A stretch of DNA of 64,000 nucleotides from a virus, in the IMG/VR virus record IMGVR_UViG_3300031565_000016, positions 3,905 through 67,904 of that record; one strand, written 5' to 3'. Positions 56,301-64,000 of the stretch are shown here, one piece after another. Every line of letters starts with the position of its first letter. Within the stretch, counting starts at the first letter, position 1. Position numbers and translations under genes: made by a program. The notes beneath the pieces are model-generated. The model searched no databases, had not been told where the DNA came from, and saw nothing but the letters and a program-made list of their open reading frames with translations.

Positions 56301-56487
56301 CAAGTGCATAATGTGCCATAGGCCACTTAAAACGTATGAAAGCCGTGTTGCAGGTATGGGGCCAACCTGCTTAAAACGGGCAAATGAACCAGAACGCACA
56401 GAAGGTGTTGAGGTGCAAAGTATATTTAAAGATGGTGGAAAAGATGAAGATTGCCATGACAAAAGAAATTTTATTAGAATTACTTGA
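56281..56487 (+). CDS. Zn-finger protein (DUF6011-like)
   Basis: CIMCHRPL...ESR-x-x-GMGPTC. Confidence 0.65.
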   Translation: MKLRQHDKCIMCHRPLKTYESRVAGMGPTCLKRANEPERTEGVEVQSIFKDGGKDEDCHDKRNFIRIT

Positions 56488-56629
56488 AAGTGAAGCAAAA
56501 GCAACAAATACAATTTTCAAAGCAACTGGTTCCCGTGTTTTTGGTGTACTTGAAAGAAAAATAAAAGATAAAAAATCAAGGGTTGTTTTATTTGAAGCAT
56601 TAAAAAAGGCGGTAAGTGCTAATGATTAA
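56444..56629 (+). CDS. Hypothetical protein
   Basis: In ORF 56384-56629; likely start MKIAM after GGTGG. Confidence 0.45.
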   Translation: MKIAMTKEILLELLESEAKATNTIFKATGSRVFGVLERKIKDKKSRVVLFEALKKAVSAND

Positions 56630-57998
56630 ATCAGCGCGTGGTGTAAACCTAAAATCATGGGAAGACCTCCAACTTGATTTTGTGCCTGGGATTAACATGT
56701 TGATTGGCCATACAAGGGCTGGGAAAACAAACATGTACCGTGGCGTTAAGATTATAAACGAAAATAAGCCCTCTGGTTTAAATTATGTCAGCAAGTGGGC
56801 GGTGGAAAAAAATAAAAAGGGTGACATAAAAATAGTTGATAATTTCAGGTTTGTTTTAACACTTGATAATGGCACTATTGAAAGATTCCGTGGCCCTGGT
56901 GGTGCAAAAGAAAATTTATATATAATAGACGACAAACCATTAAAAGCTGTTGGTGCTGGTAAACCCCCAGAAGAAGTTACAAATTTACTAAATATGAATG
57001 AAGTTAATTTTGGAAGCCAGCACGGAGACCCATTTCTACTGAGGCCTGATGGGACAGGTGGGGCAGAGGCAAGCAGGTTCCTTAATGGGCTAATTGATTT
57101 TACAGACGCGGATGATGCAATTGCAAAATGTGACACACTAAAACGTGCAGCTGAAACAGAACAAAAAAGGTTAACTTCTAACTTAGCAGAAATGAAAGCT
57201 AAATTAGATAAATTTAAAAATTTAGAAGAATTACAAGAGTTGGTGGAAGATGCGACAGATTTGGAACAAAATATTAGTGAGCTTAATGATAGCCTCAATG
57301 CTTTGGTTGGCCTTAAAACTAGGATGCAAGAACTTAATACCAAAAAAAGTAATTTGCCCAATATTATCAAAATTGAAACACTGTTGTGTATTATTGAAAA
57401 ACATGAACAGGAAATTAATACAATTAGAAAAAAATGCGGGCATTTACATGAAATCAAAGAAAAACTAAGCAATTACATGCTTATTAAACAAAAAACAAAA
57501 AACAATACAAAAATTGGTGAAATACTGCCAAAAATAGAACAGTATAACCTAGAAATAATTAGTAGTGTCAAAATACTAAAAGAATTGCCATCACTAAAAC
57601 AAAAATTACAGCAATGCATAAAAATAAAAAATGACACTAAAGATAATGAACGTGTTGGTGAGCTACTTAGTAATATATCAAGTGTATCCCGTGGGGTAAA
57701 TGCCCATAATGGTAAAATGGTGGAACTAACAAGATTATCTTCTGTATTGAAAAAATGTAATACAACAAAATTGGCTTTGCCAAAAATAGAAAATATCCAA
57801 AGTTTATTACTTGATGTGGAAAACTTAAATAAAGAAATTGCTATAATAGAAACAAGAAGTAGTGCTTTGATTTTGTTAAAAAATAGGCTGCTTATGCTAC
57901 ATGAAAGAAAGGCTGCAGTAATGCTCGAAGTTACAGAATTAGAAACACAAATTGGCAATATTTGCCCAGAATGCAATGGTACTGGGAGAATTGTGTAA
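56622..57998 (+). CDS. SbcC/Rad50-like ATPase, N-terminal half (Walker A, coiled coil, Zn hook)
   Basis: NLKSWE...GHTRAGKT, Q-loop SQH, ends CPECNG; no Walker B. Confidence 0.82.
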   Translation: MIKSARGVNLKSWEDLQLDFVPGINMLIGHTRAGKTNMYRGVKIINENKPSGLNYVSKWAVEKNKKGDIKIVDNFRFVLTLDNGTIERFRGPGGAKENLYIIDDKPLKAVGAGKPPEEVTNLLNMNEVNFGSQHGDPFLLRPDGTGGAEASRFLNGLIDFTDADDAIAKCDTLKRAAETEQKRLTSNLAEMKAKLDKFKNLEELQELVEDATDLEQNISELNDSLNALVGLKTRMQELNTKKSNLPNIIKIETLLCIIEKHEQEINTIRKKCGHLHEIKEKLSNYMLIKQKTKNNTKIGEILPKIEQYNLEIISSVKILKELPSLKQKLQQCIKIKNDTKDNERVGELLSNISSVSRGVNAHNGKMVELTRLSSVLKKCNTTKLALPKIENIQSLLLDVENLNKEIAIIETRSSALILLKNRLLMLHERKAAVMLEVTELETQIGNICPECNGTGRIV

Positions 57999-58879
57999 TG
58001 AAATTCTTAAATGTTTCCGATATACATTTGGATATAAAACGACCAATATGCAGAACTGACATTGATTGGGTGCAAAGCCAACAGGAGCTTATTGATTATA
58101 TTATATCTGTTGCTGTGTTCGAAAAAGTTGATTATATAATTGATAATGGTGATACATTTGACGTTGCCACGCAGCCAACAAAAATTGTTGATATAATACC
58201 AACAGCTCTGGAGAAACACGGGTACCCAGTTCCTTGGATTTGTATGCCAGGCAACCATAGTTTGCCCTACCACCAAATGAAAAATTTACCAGGCAGTGCA
58301 TTGCAGAGCCTTGGTTTCATGAAAGGCGTTACACTATTAACAAATTGCAGTGATGAATTTGAGGGAAGTTTCGCAGGTATTCCAATTGTGCACCGTTTAA
58401 TATTTCCAGATTTGGATGCTGTTCCATGGTACATCAAAGACAAAGGCACTTTTGAGCATGCAGGAATTTTACTGGAAAAATTCCCACACCATGATTTAAT
58501 ACTTACAGGCGATTACCACCATAGTTTCCATTTTGAAAAAAACGGACGGCATGTGGTAAACCCAGGTTGTATGAACATACAAGATGTTAAAATGATAGGG
58601 TACCAACCAAAATTTGCTATAATTGAATATGAACCAAATACAATATTTAATATTAAATGGGTGGACATACCTGACCAAATAACAAAAACAACAAATGAGC
58701 ATATTACAAAAGTTGTTGAAAGCGAAGAAGGTATAAATGCAATATTAGCAACATTGGAAAACCCAGAAAAATTAACAATGAAATTCTGGGATGATATGCA
58801 AAATTACCTAGAAAAAAGTAACATTAAACAAGAATTAAAAGAATATATCATGAACAAAATACGCCCCAGGGCATTATAA
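57998..58879 (+). CDS. SbcD/Mre11-like metallophosphoesterase nuclease
   Basis: SDIH, GDTFD, GNH, GDYH, NPG motifs. Confidence 0.9.
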   Translation: MKFLNVSDIHLDIKRPICRTDIDWVQSQQELIDYIISVAVFEKVDYIIDNGDTFDVATQPTKIVDIIPTALEKHGYPVPWICMPGNHSLPYHQMKNLPGSALQSLGFMKGVTLLTNCSDEFEGSFAGIPIVHRLIFPDLDAVPWYIKDKGTFEHAGILLEKFPHHDLILTGDYHHSFHFEKNGRHVVNPGCMNIQDVKMIGYQPKFAIIEYEPNTIFNIKWVDIPDQITKTTNEHITKVVESEEGINAILATLENPEKLTMKFWDDMQNYLEKSNIKQELKEYIMNKIRPRAL

Positions 58880-58892
58880 AAAGGTGTGTAAA

Positions 58893-59135
58893 ATGGAAGC
58901 AGAAGAAAGAACAATACAAGCACGTGCAGCATATGAAAAAGCCAGAGAAGCTTCAATAAGGGTTGATTCTGAAACTGAGCAAGTAACAAAAACACTACAG
59001 GAAAACTATGGTATAAGTACTATAGAAGAAATAGATGCCTTATATGAAAAAGAACTAAATCAAAAAACAATCCTTACTGCACAACGGGACGAAATGTTGG
59101 ATGAATGCGATGAACTTTTGCGCGGGAGTATTTAA
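58893..59135 (+). CDS. Small coiled-coil protein
   Basis: 80 aa, helical and acidic; LQENYGISTIEE. Confidence 0.55.
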   Translation: MEAEERTIQARAAYEKAREASIRVDSETEQVTKTLQENYGISTIEEIDALYEKELNQKTILTAQRDEMLDECDELLRGSI

Positions 59136-59737
59136 TGTTAAAATTAAATGAAGACCAGCAAACACAAATAGGTGCAATGCGTGCACAATTGGTGGCACTT
59201 TACCCTGAGCAAAAAGTAATAATAGATAAAATGGAAACAGAGGCACTATTAATTTTTATGGAAAATAGCACGCTGCCTGCGTTACTTGGTAGTTTTGACT
59301 CAGTTAGAACCAGTATTATAAATTTACTTATACTATTATCAAATTTGTTGGAACGTGATAAATACCAGGGTTATATTGAAGCACTAGACCACATCCCAAC
59401 TTTTATTGACAGTTATAAAGAGCCTTATTTGGCTGATTGTGGGTACTACCAAACTATTGGTAATGAGGGTAATGCAGAGATAAAAGGGTGTACGTTTGAC
59501 ATTGCCAAAAATATACCATGTGACAGGTGTGCATGCCCACGTCCAAACGAAGACCGCCCTGACATATATAAAATGGAAATTTGCCCTGTGTGTGGTGGCA
59601 AAAGCACGAAACCTTGTCAATTATGTTTTAATTTTGGCAAAGTTGAAATTGGTAAAATTTGCCCTGAATGTAAAGGTGTTGAAATAGAGTGCCACACCTG
59701 CCGCAACACACGAATAAACCCTATATGGGAGGATTAA
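59135..59737 (+). CDS. Protein with DnaJ-like Cys-rich Zn fingers
   Basis: CPVCGG, CQLCFNFG, CPECKG, CHTC. Confidence 0.6.
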   Translation: MLKLNEDQQTQIGAMRAQLVALYPEQKVIIDKMETEALLIFMENSTLPALLGSFDSVRTSIINLLILLSNLLERDKYQGYIEALDHIPTFIDSYKEPYLADCGYYQTIGNEGNAEIKGCTFDIAKNIPCDRCACPRPNEDRPDIYKMEICPVCGGKSTKPCQLCFNFGKVEIGKICPECKGVEIECHTCRNTRINPIWED

Positions 59738-59738
59738 T

Positions 59739-60035
59739 ATGGAAGGAGAATACAGCAGGTATGCACTAATAAAAAGTAAGTTTGCAGGGTTTACATGTGA
59801 GGTTGTTAATAAAAGCAGTAATGTTGTTGGTATTGGTTACAAGGAAGAAAGCAAAACATTAAGAGTTATGTTTTCGTCCAGTGTTTGCTATGATTACACA
59901 CGTGTACCATTTGAAGCATATAAAAAGCTGCAGGTTGCCAATAAAGAACAAGGTGGCAGTGTTGGGAAGGCAGTACGTCAATGGGTGCAAACAATAGCCA
60001 AAGGCGTTAAGGTTGCTGCATGCTTAGAAGACTAG
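59739..60035 (+). CDS. KTSC domain protein
   Basis: SSNV-x-x-IGY...TL-x-V-x-F...Y-x-Y-x-x-VP...SVGK. Confidence 0.8.
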   Translation: MEGEYSRYALIKSKFAGFTCEVVNKSSNVVGIGYKEESKTLRVMFSSSVCYDYTRVPFEAYKKLQVANKEQGGSVGKAVRQWVQTIAKGVKVAACLED

Positions 60036-60700
60036 AATTAATAACTGATAAAGTAAAAGAATTAAATGGGCAAAAAAAGGGTTATGAAAATGATGTTGCT
60101 GAAGCTGAAAAACAGTTGGTGGTGCAAAAAAATGAAACTGTACTTGCAACGGAGGCCAATGCAATTGTTGAATTAGTTGCAGCAGAAATTAACAGTAAAG
60201 TATCTGCCCCACTTGTGAAAACAACACAGGCAATGGTTGACAGTATATTCCCTGGTGAATATGAAGTTAAAATGGATTTTAGCACAAAAAACCATAGAAC
60301 ACATGTAGATATTTACTTAGATATGGACGGTGTTAAAATTTACCCAATGGACGATGACGGTGGTGGGGTGATGAATATGATGGAATTGGGTCTGCGTTTT
60401 GCAGCACTTGAAATGAGTGGGCAACGTAAAACCTTATTATTAGACCAGCCACTTAAAGATTTAAGTGACGAATATTTGCCACTAGCTGGAAAAATATTAA
60501 AACGCCTAAGTAAAGAAAGAAAAGTTCAATTGATTATAATAAACCATTTAAAACCATTATTCCCATTTGCGGATAGAACATTCCACTTTAAGAAAGATTT
60601 AGCAACAGGAAGGTCTTTATTAAAGGTTGTTGACAACCCAGAATTAGAAGAAGATTACAGTACACACACAAACAAACCAAACAAAATGGAGGGTATATAA
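60020..60700 (+). CDS. SbcC/Rad50-like ATPase, C-terminal half (signature, Walker B, H-loop)
   Basis: DGGG...LR, LLLDQP, L-S, QLIIINH, ADR. Confidence 0.82.
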   Translation: MLRRLELITDKVKELNGQKKGYENDVAEAEKQLVVQKNETVLATEANAIVELVAAEINSKVSAPLVKTTQAMVDSIFPGEYEVKMDFSTKNHRTHVDIYLDMDGVKIYPMDDDGGGVMNMMELGLRFAALEMSGQRKTLLLDQPLKDLSDEYLPLAGKILKRLSKERKVQLIIINHLKPLFPFADRTFHFKKDLATGRSLLKVVDNPELEEDYSTHTNKPNKMEGI

Positions 60701-60966
60701 TGCCAGAAGAAACAAAAAAACAAGATACAAATGTGGTACCGTTGGAAGCAATTGCACCAGAAGCAATTGCACCAGCAGCGGAAAAATTAAAAGTTGAGGA
60801 ATACGTTGTAATACATGTGAATGATGTTAATGTAATGTTGGATTATATTAACACAAAGCCAGCAATGGAAACACGTGGAATGCTTAATGCCTTTGATTCA
60901 AAGCTTGGGGGCAAAGCTGCAGTGCCATTAAAAGATATAATTGAAAGAATTAACAAAGAAAAGTAA
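60700..60966 (+). CDS. Hypothetical protein
   Basis: 88 aa with GGAGG RBS; EAIAP duplicated. Confidence 0.55.
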   Translation: MPEETKKQDTNVVPLEAIAPEAIAPAAEKLKVEEYVVIHVNDVNVMLDYINTKPAMETRGMLNAFDSKLGGKAAVPLKDIIERINKEK

Positions 60967-61055
60967 AAAATATGGGTTTTTGGCATTTAACATTTTATAA
61001 TAATAACAGCAATAGGGCATGGCCTTACCCATGCAATAAAGACAAAGGAGCATTA

Positions 61056-61283
61056 ATGATAAAAATAATACTGTTTTTACTTATTGGTATATTAGTTGGA
61101 ATTGGGCTCAGTATGGCACCAAAAAAGGCCAATGTGGACGCCAATATAATAATACATCAAGATTCCACTAAACTCTCGTACCACGCTATTGCACAAGCCG
61201 TTGAAAATGACGCAAAAGAAGTTGGGCTTATATGCTCTTCAAACCGCACTAATGTGGAGCCAGATATAAAAATAACAAGTTGA
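61056..61283 (+). CDS. Small membrane-anchored protein
   Basis: MIKIILFLLIGILVGIGL after AAGGAG RBS. Confidence 0.55.
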   Translation: MIKIILFLLIGILVGIGLSMAPKKANVDANIIIHQDSTKLSYHAIAQAVENDAKEVGLICSSNRTNVEPDIKITS

Positions 61284-61293
61284 CTAAAGGTAG

Positions 61294-61384
61294 CTGCTAT
61301 GCGAAAAAAGGTTGATTGGTACAATGCAGGTTCGAATCCTGCCCCAGTAAAAAATATAACTGGGAAAACCTGAAAGAATAGCAG
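61294..61384 (+). ncRNA. tRNA-like structured RNA (not a canonical tRNA)
   Basis: Perfect T arm GCAGG-TTCGAAT-CCTGC stacked on CCCAGT/ACTGGG, enclosed by AGGTT/AACCT and CTGCTAT/ATAGCAG. Confidence 0.55.
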
Positions 61385-61429
61385 AATGATGGATCTCGAA
61401 ACTCACTGAATGATATTACTACATGGTTG

Positions 61430-61463
61430 GCCACCCCTACAAAATAAAAGGGGTGGCTTTTTT
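61430..61463 (+). terminator. Intrinsic terminator at the convergent junction
   Basis: GCCACCCCT-ACAAAATAAA-AGGGGTGGC-TTTTTT. Confidence 0.85.
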
Positions 61464-61466
61464 ATT

Positions 61467-61886
61467 TTAGTAATTTTCTGTTATTGTTAGATGAAATTTA
61501 GGGTGTGCACGCATATAAACCATAAAACTATTAAAAGTTTTGCCACTGTTAAGTGTGGCACGGTCTTCATTAGCTAGTTTGCCAAAGTATTGCCCAAGTA
61601 GCAAACAGCCTTTTGTGTGCTTGACAAGGTTGCCAGCATGTAGTAAAACAAAACTTCTGCCAGGGACATCTGTTACCATATAAGTCCACCCATATTTTGG
61701 TGAATCATACAATTCACATAGGTACTGCCCTGTATTTATACACGAAATATCTTTTGCATTGCCCCATTTGCCTGGCTCCAATACACAACAAAAAATCTGT
61801 TTATTTATACGCAGTACACCAAGTGTTCCATATTTTTTATCTGTTTCCAGACGTATTAATTCAACAATAGGTATCAATGGGCGCAT
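61467..61886 (-). CDS. DUF5675-like putative endolysin / cell-wall enzyme
   Basis: T-x-G-x-L...LE...SCI-x-x-G-x-Y...SPKY...DVPGRS-x-V-x-x-HAGN...T-x-GC-x-L-x-G. Confidence 0.75.
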   Translation of the reverse strand: MRPLIPIVELIRLETDKKYGTLGVLRINKQIFCCVLEPGKWGNAKDISCINTGQYLCELYDSPKYGWTYMVTDVPGRSFVLLHAGNLVKHTKGCLLLGQYFGKLANEDRATLNSGKTFNSFMVYMRAHPKFHLTITENY

Positions 61887-62317
61887 TAATTACCCCCAAC
61901 TACCAAGCAGCTATTTTTATCATATGCTTTTTTGCCGTTCTTACCAGACACAGCCCAGTAATAAATTTCATCCACCCATATATACAAATATTTCAATAAA
62001 TACCTTCGGTACCAATATTTATTTATAAATTGTTTCATTGCCTTTTTTACATTTACCCTGAATTCTTTATTTGTATCTTCAAATGATAAATTGAATGGGT
62101 GATTTCCAACATGGCACCGTCTGTCATGCACTTTTACAGCTGCTTGGATAGCTTCGTCCCACCATATTAGTTTTAGTAAAAACCGTGCCCATGGCATGTG
62201 GTCTGGCCCTGTCCCATTGTAGGGATCATGGCCAGCACACAGGGGGCAGGGTGAACCTAATGGTGCATTATATATCCAATCTGTCAAATCTTCTGCTGAT
62301 TTTAAATGGTAGTTCAT
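61886..62317 (-). CDS. DUF1353 / phospholipase A2-like protein
   Basis: NG-x-GP...A-x-x-VHD...N-x-x-F...YYWAV pattern. Confidence 0.55.
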   Translation of the reverse strand: MNYHLKSAEDLTDWIYNAPLGSPCPLCAGHDPYNGTGPDHMPWARFLLKLIWWDEAIQAAVKVHDRRCHVGNHPFNLSFEDTNKEFRVNVKKAMKQFINKYWYRRYLLKYLYIWVDEIYYWAVSGKNGKKAYDKNSCLVVGGN

Positions 62318-62320
62318 ATA

Positions 62321-62608
62321 TTACCTCATTATAATTTTATCAAATTTTGTATCAATACGAATAAATTTATTCTCTATTGATAGCATATTATTAGAATATT
62401 CGTTTTTATGTACATAGTTTTCACGTATGCCCTGCAAATCAGCACGGTGGCGCTCTGTTTGTATAGTAACCATTCTGCGAGTATCAACACTGTACCGTTC
62501 ACTATGCACTAGAACATAACTTGAAAACCCAGTGAAAAGTGATACACATAGACCAAATAATACCATTGTAATTTTAAACCAATCTGCATTTTTATTTTTA
62601 ACTACCAT
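62321..62608 (-). CDS. Single-TM coiled-coil lysis-module protein (holin/antiholin-like)
   Basis: One TM segment, then a coiled-coil tail IDTKFDKII; next to the endolysin candidate. Confidence 0.5.
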   Translation of the reverse strand: MVVKNKNADWFKITMVLFGLCVSLFTGFSSYVLVHSERYSVDTRRMVTIQTERHRADLQGIRENYVHKNEYSNNMLSIENKFIRIDTKFDKIIMR

Positions 62609-62612
62609 ATTA

Positions 62613-63158
62613 TTAATCCAATTCCCACCAAAGCGCATCAATAGTAGCAAGGTTGCCATTAACAGCACTTGTCACACGAAATGAGTACCTGTGGTTTGCC
62701 TCAAATACATATAATTCATTTCCGAAATTTCCGCCCACTTTATTGCCAGCGCCATAAGTGGCGATTGCTTTTACTTCGCCGTCTGTTATTGTACCGCCTG
62801 CTTCTAAAGCTGCTTCTGTAGTTGCATTACTGCCAAAATCTTTATTAAAATAAGGAACTGCGACAAAATCTGCGGGTGTGCCATCTTTCACAAATTCAAT
62901 TTGTGTTTCTGAAACAACCTGTGCAACAAACCTAAAAATTACTTTTTTGCTGCCTGTTACCATGGATATAGTTGCCACTTCGCTCGCTGCTAATGGAACT
63001 GAAATTAAGGAACTAAAAACATGCCCACTCAGTATCATAGAATTAACATGTGGGATACTTATATTGGCAACTTGGTTGGCAACAAAAGCTGGGTCAATTT
63101 CTTGCTGGTTTGGCAGTTCAAAAAAGTTGCCATCTAAATCTCGTACTAATATAGGCAT
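62613..63158 (-). CDS. Putative virion beta-sandwich protein
   Basis: 181 aa, beta-rich, ends WWE; AAGGAG RBS. Confidence 0.5.
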   Translation of the reverse strand: MPILVRDLDGNFFELPNQQEIDPAFVANQVANISIPHVNSMILSGHVFSSLISVPLAASEVATISMVTGSKKVIFRFVAQVVSETQIEFVKDGTPADFVAVPYFNKDFGSNATTEAALEAGGTITDGEVKAIATYGAGNKVGGNFGNELYVFEANHRYSFRVTSAVNGNLATIDALWWELD

Positions 63159-63161
63159 TTT

Positions 63162-63725
63162 TTACTCCTTAAAACCTTGGAAAAGGAATGTTTGAGAAAC
63201 TATGCCACTAAAATCATCATTAAGTGTTACTGTTATTTTTTCACCGTTATCACCATTTAATTTTAAATATGCGCCACTTTTGAAAAAACTCCAACGGGCT
63301 GCCATAGACTCATTGCCTAAACCAAAAGTGTCAATTTCAAGGTCAAAACAAAAACGCCTCCAGTGGGTATTTTTTTTAATTGGAAGCCCCGCTGTTAATA
63401 CATTCAGAACTGTTGTTGCATTCTCAACTTTTAGTATTATCCCATTAGTTAATGCTGCACCATTACCAAAACCACCAGAATCAAAGGAACCAACATCTTC
63501 AATATAATAAACGAGCCTTGCAATTTGCCATATTTCACCAGCTGGTGGTGCTATTTGGTACACACCAGCTGTTACTGCATAATTTTTTCCTCCTGAATCA
63601 ATCCGGTTTGAATCTTCTGGGTCATAGGCAAATATAGATATATATTTATCTGTTAAACCTTTTGTTCTTGTTGATATTATGGGGTATTCCACCCCGTCCT
63701 CTATAAAAGAATTACCTACATTCAT
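63162..63725 (-). CDS. Putative virion protein
   Basis: 187 aa; FGNGAALTNG and LNDDFSG; downstream of the tail fibre. Confidence 0.5.
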   Translation of the reverse strand: MNVGNSFIEDGVEYPIISTRTKGLTDKYISIFAYDPEDSNRIDSGGKNYAVTAGVYQIAPPAGEIWQIARLVYYIEDVGSFDSGGFGNGAALTNGIILKVENATTVLNVLTAGLPIKKNTHWRRFCFDLEIDTFGLGNESMAARWSFFKSGAYLKLNGDNGEKITVTLNDDFSGIVSQTFLFQGFKE

Positions 63726-63740
63726 TTTTGTACCCCTATA

Positions 63741-64000
63741 TTAAATTTGTGATTCAAGTTGTGAAATACGATTGGTCAAATCCGTAATTGTTGCTAATAA
63801 TTGTTCTATTGCAATTTTGCTCTTTTGTATTTCATTCAACATTGGTGTTATTAAAAAAGTGTATTCTACTGATAACAATTTTTCTGGTTCTTTTTCATCA
63901 TGAATAACGAGGTCTGGTCTGACTAATTCAACGTCCTCTGCTATTAAACCCAATGTTTTTTCGCCTGTGCCTTCATTTAACCATTCTGGGTTTGTTGGTA
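63741..64000 (-). CDS. Tail fibre C-terminus with peptidase S74 intramolecular chaperone (partial)
   Basis: Frame open to the window end: ...KTLGLIAEDV...PDLV...SVEY...L-x-x-IQ, then coiled coil. Confidence 0.8.
   Translation of the reverse strand, partial: PTNPEWLNEGTGEKTLGLIAEDVELVRPDLVIHDEKEPEKLLSVEYTFLITPMLNEIQKSKIAIEQLLATITDLTNRISQLESQI

Noticed and set aside
61310-61350. Canonical tRNA gene
   Set aside because: Only the T arm is canonical; there is no upstream acceptor strand, anticodon arm or CCA.
1-64000. Stop-codon reassignment
   Set aside because: Core genes are full length in the standard code, and TAA, TAG and TGA all end genes.

Overview
The window is most of one AT-rich, tailed dsDNA phage genome with a contractile tail (myovirus-type). 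It runs from the baseplate J start at position 1 to a tail-fibre C-terminus at position 64000. Both are on the minus strand, so the unseen part is probably only the rest of the baseplate/fibre module. Layout: (1) 1-17.5 kb (-): baseplate, tape measure, tail chaperones with a -1 slippery site, tube, sheath, neck, DUF2184-type capsid, DUF2213 protease, gpF-like protein and portal. (2) 17.6-35 kb: accessory/early region of small ORFs with an RpoD-like sigma and, unusually, both terminase subunits. (3) 35-43.8 kb (-): DnaB helicase, C5 methyltransferase, SNF2 helicase, primase, a second truncated sigma, and a ~550-nt structured non-coding region next to an AT-rich origin-like tract. (4) 43.9-61.4 kb (+): ThyA with an in-frame HNH insertion, sliding clamp, UDG-PolA, a stand-alone NrdD glycyl-radical peptide, ACP, clamp loader, UvsY/SSB/RecA/RuvC-like genes, a split SbcC plus SbcD, and a tRNA-like RNA. 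(5) 61.5-64 kb (-): lysis and tail genes. No integrase, CRISPR array, reverse transcriptase or canonical tRNA was seen. The best candidates for something new are the large structured RNA beside the putative origin, the non-spliced ThyA::HNH fusion, the tRNA-mimic RNA, the split SbcC with a natural Walker B E-to-Q change, and a two-sigma promoter cascade. All calls come from manual motif reading; no searches or folding programs were run.
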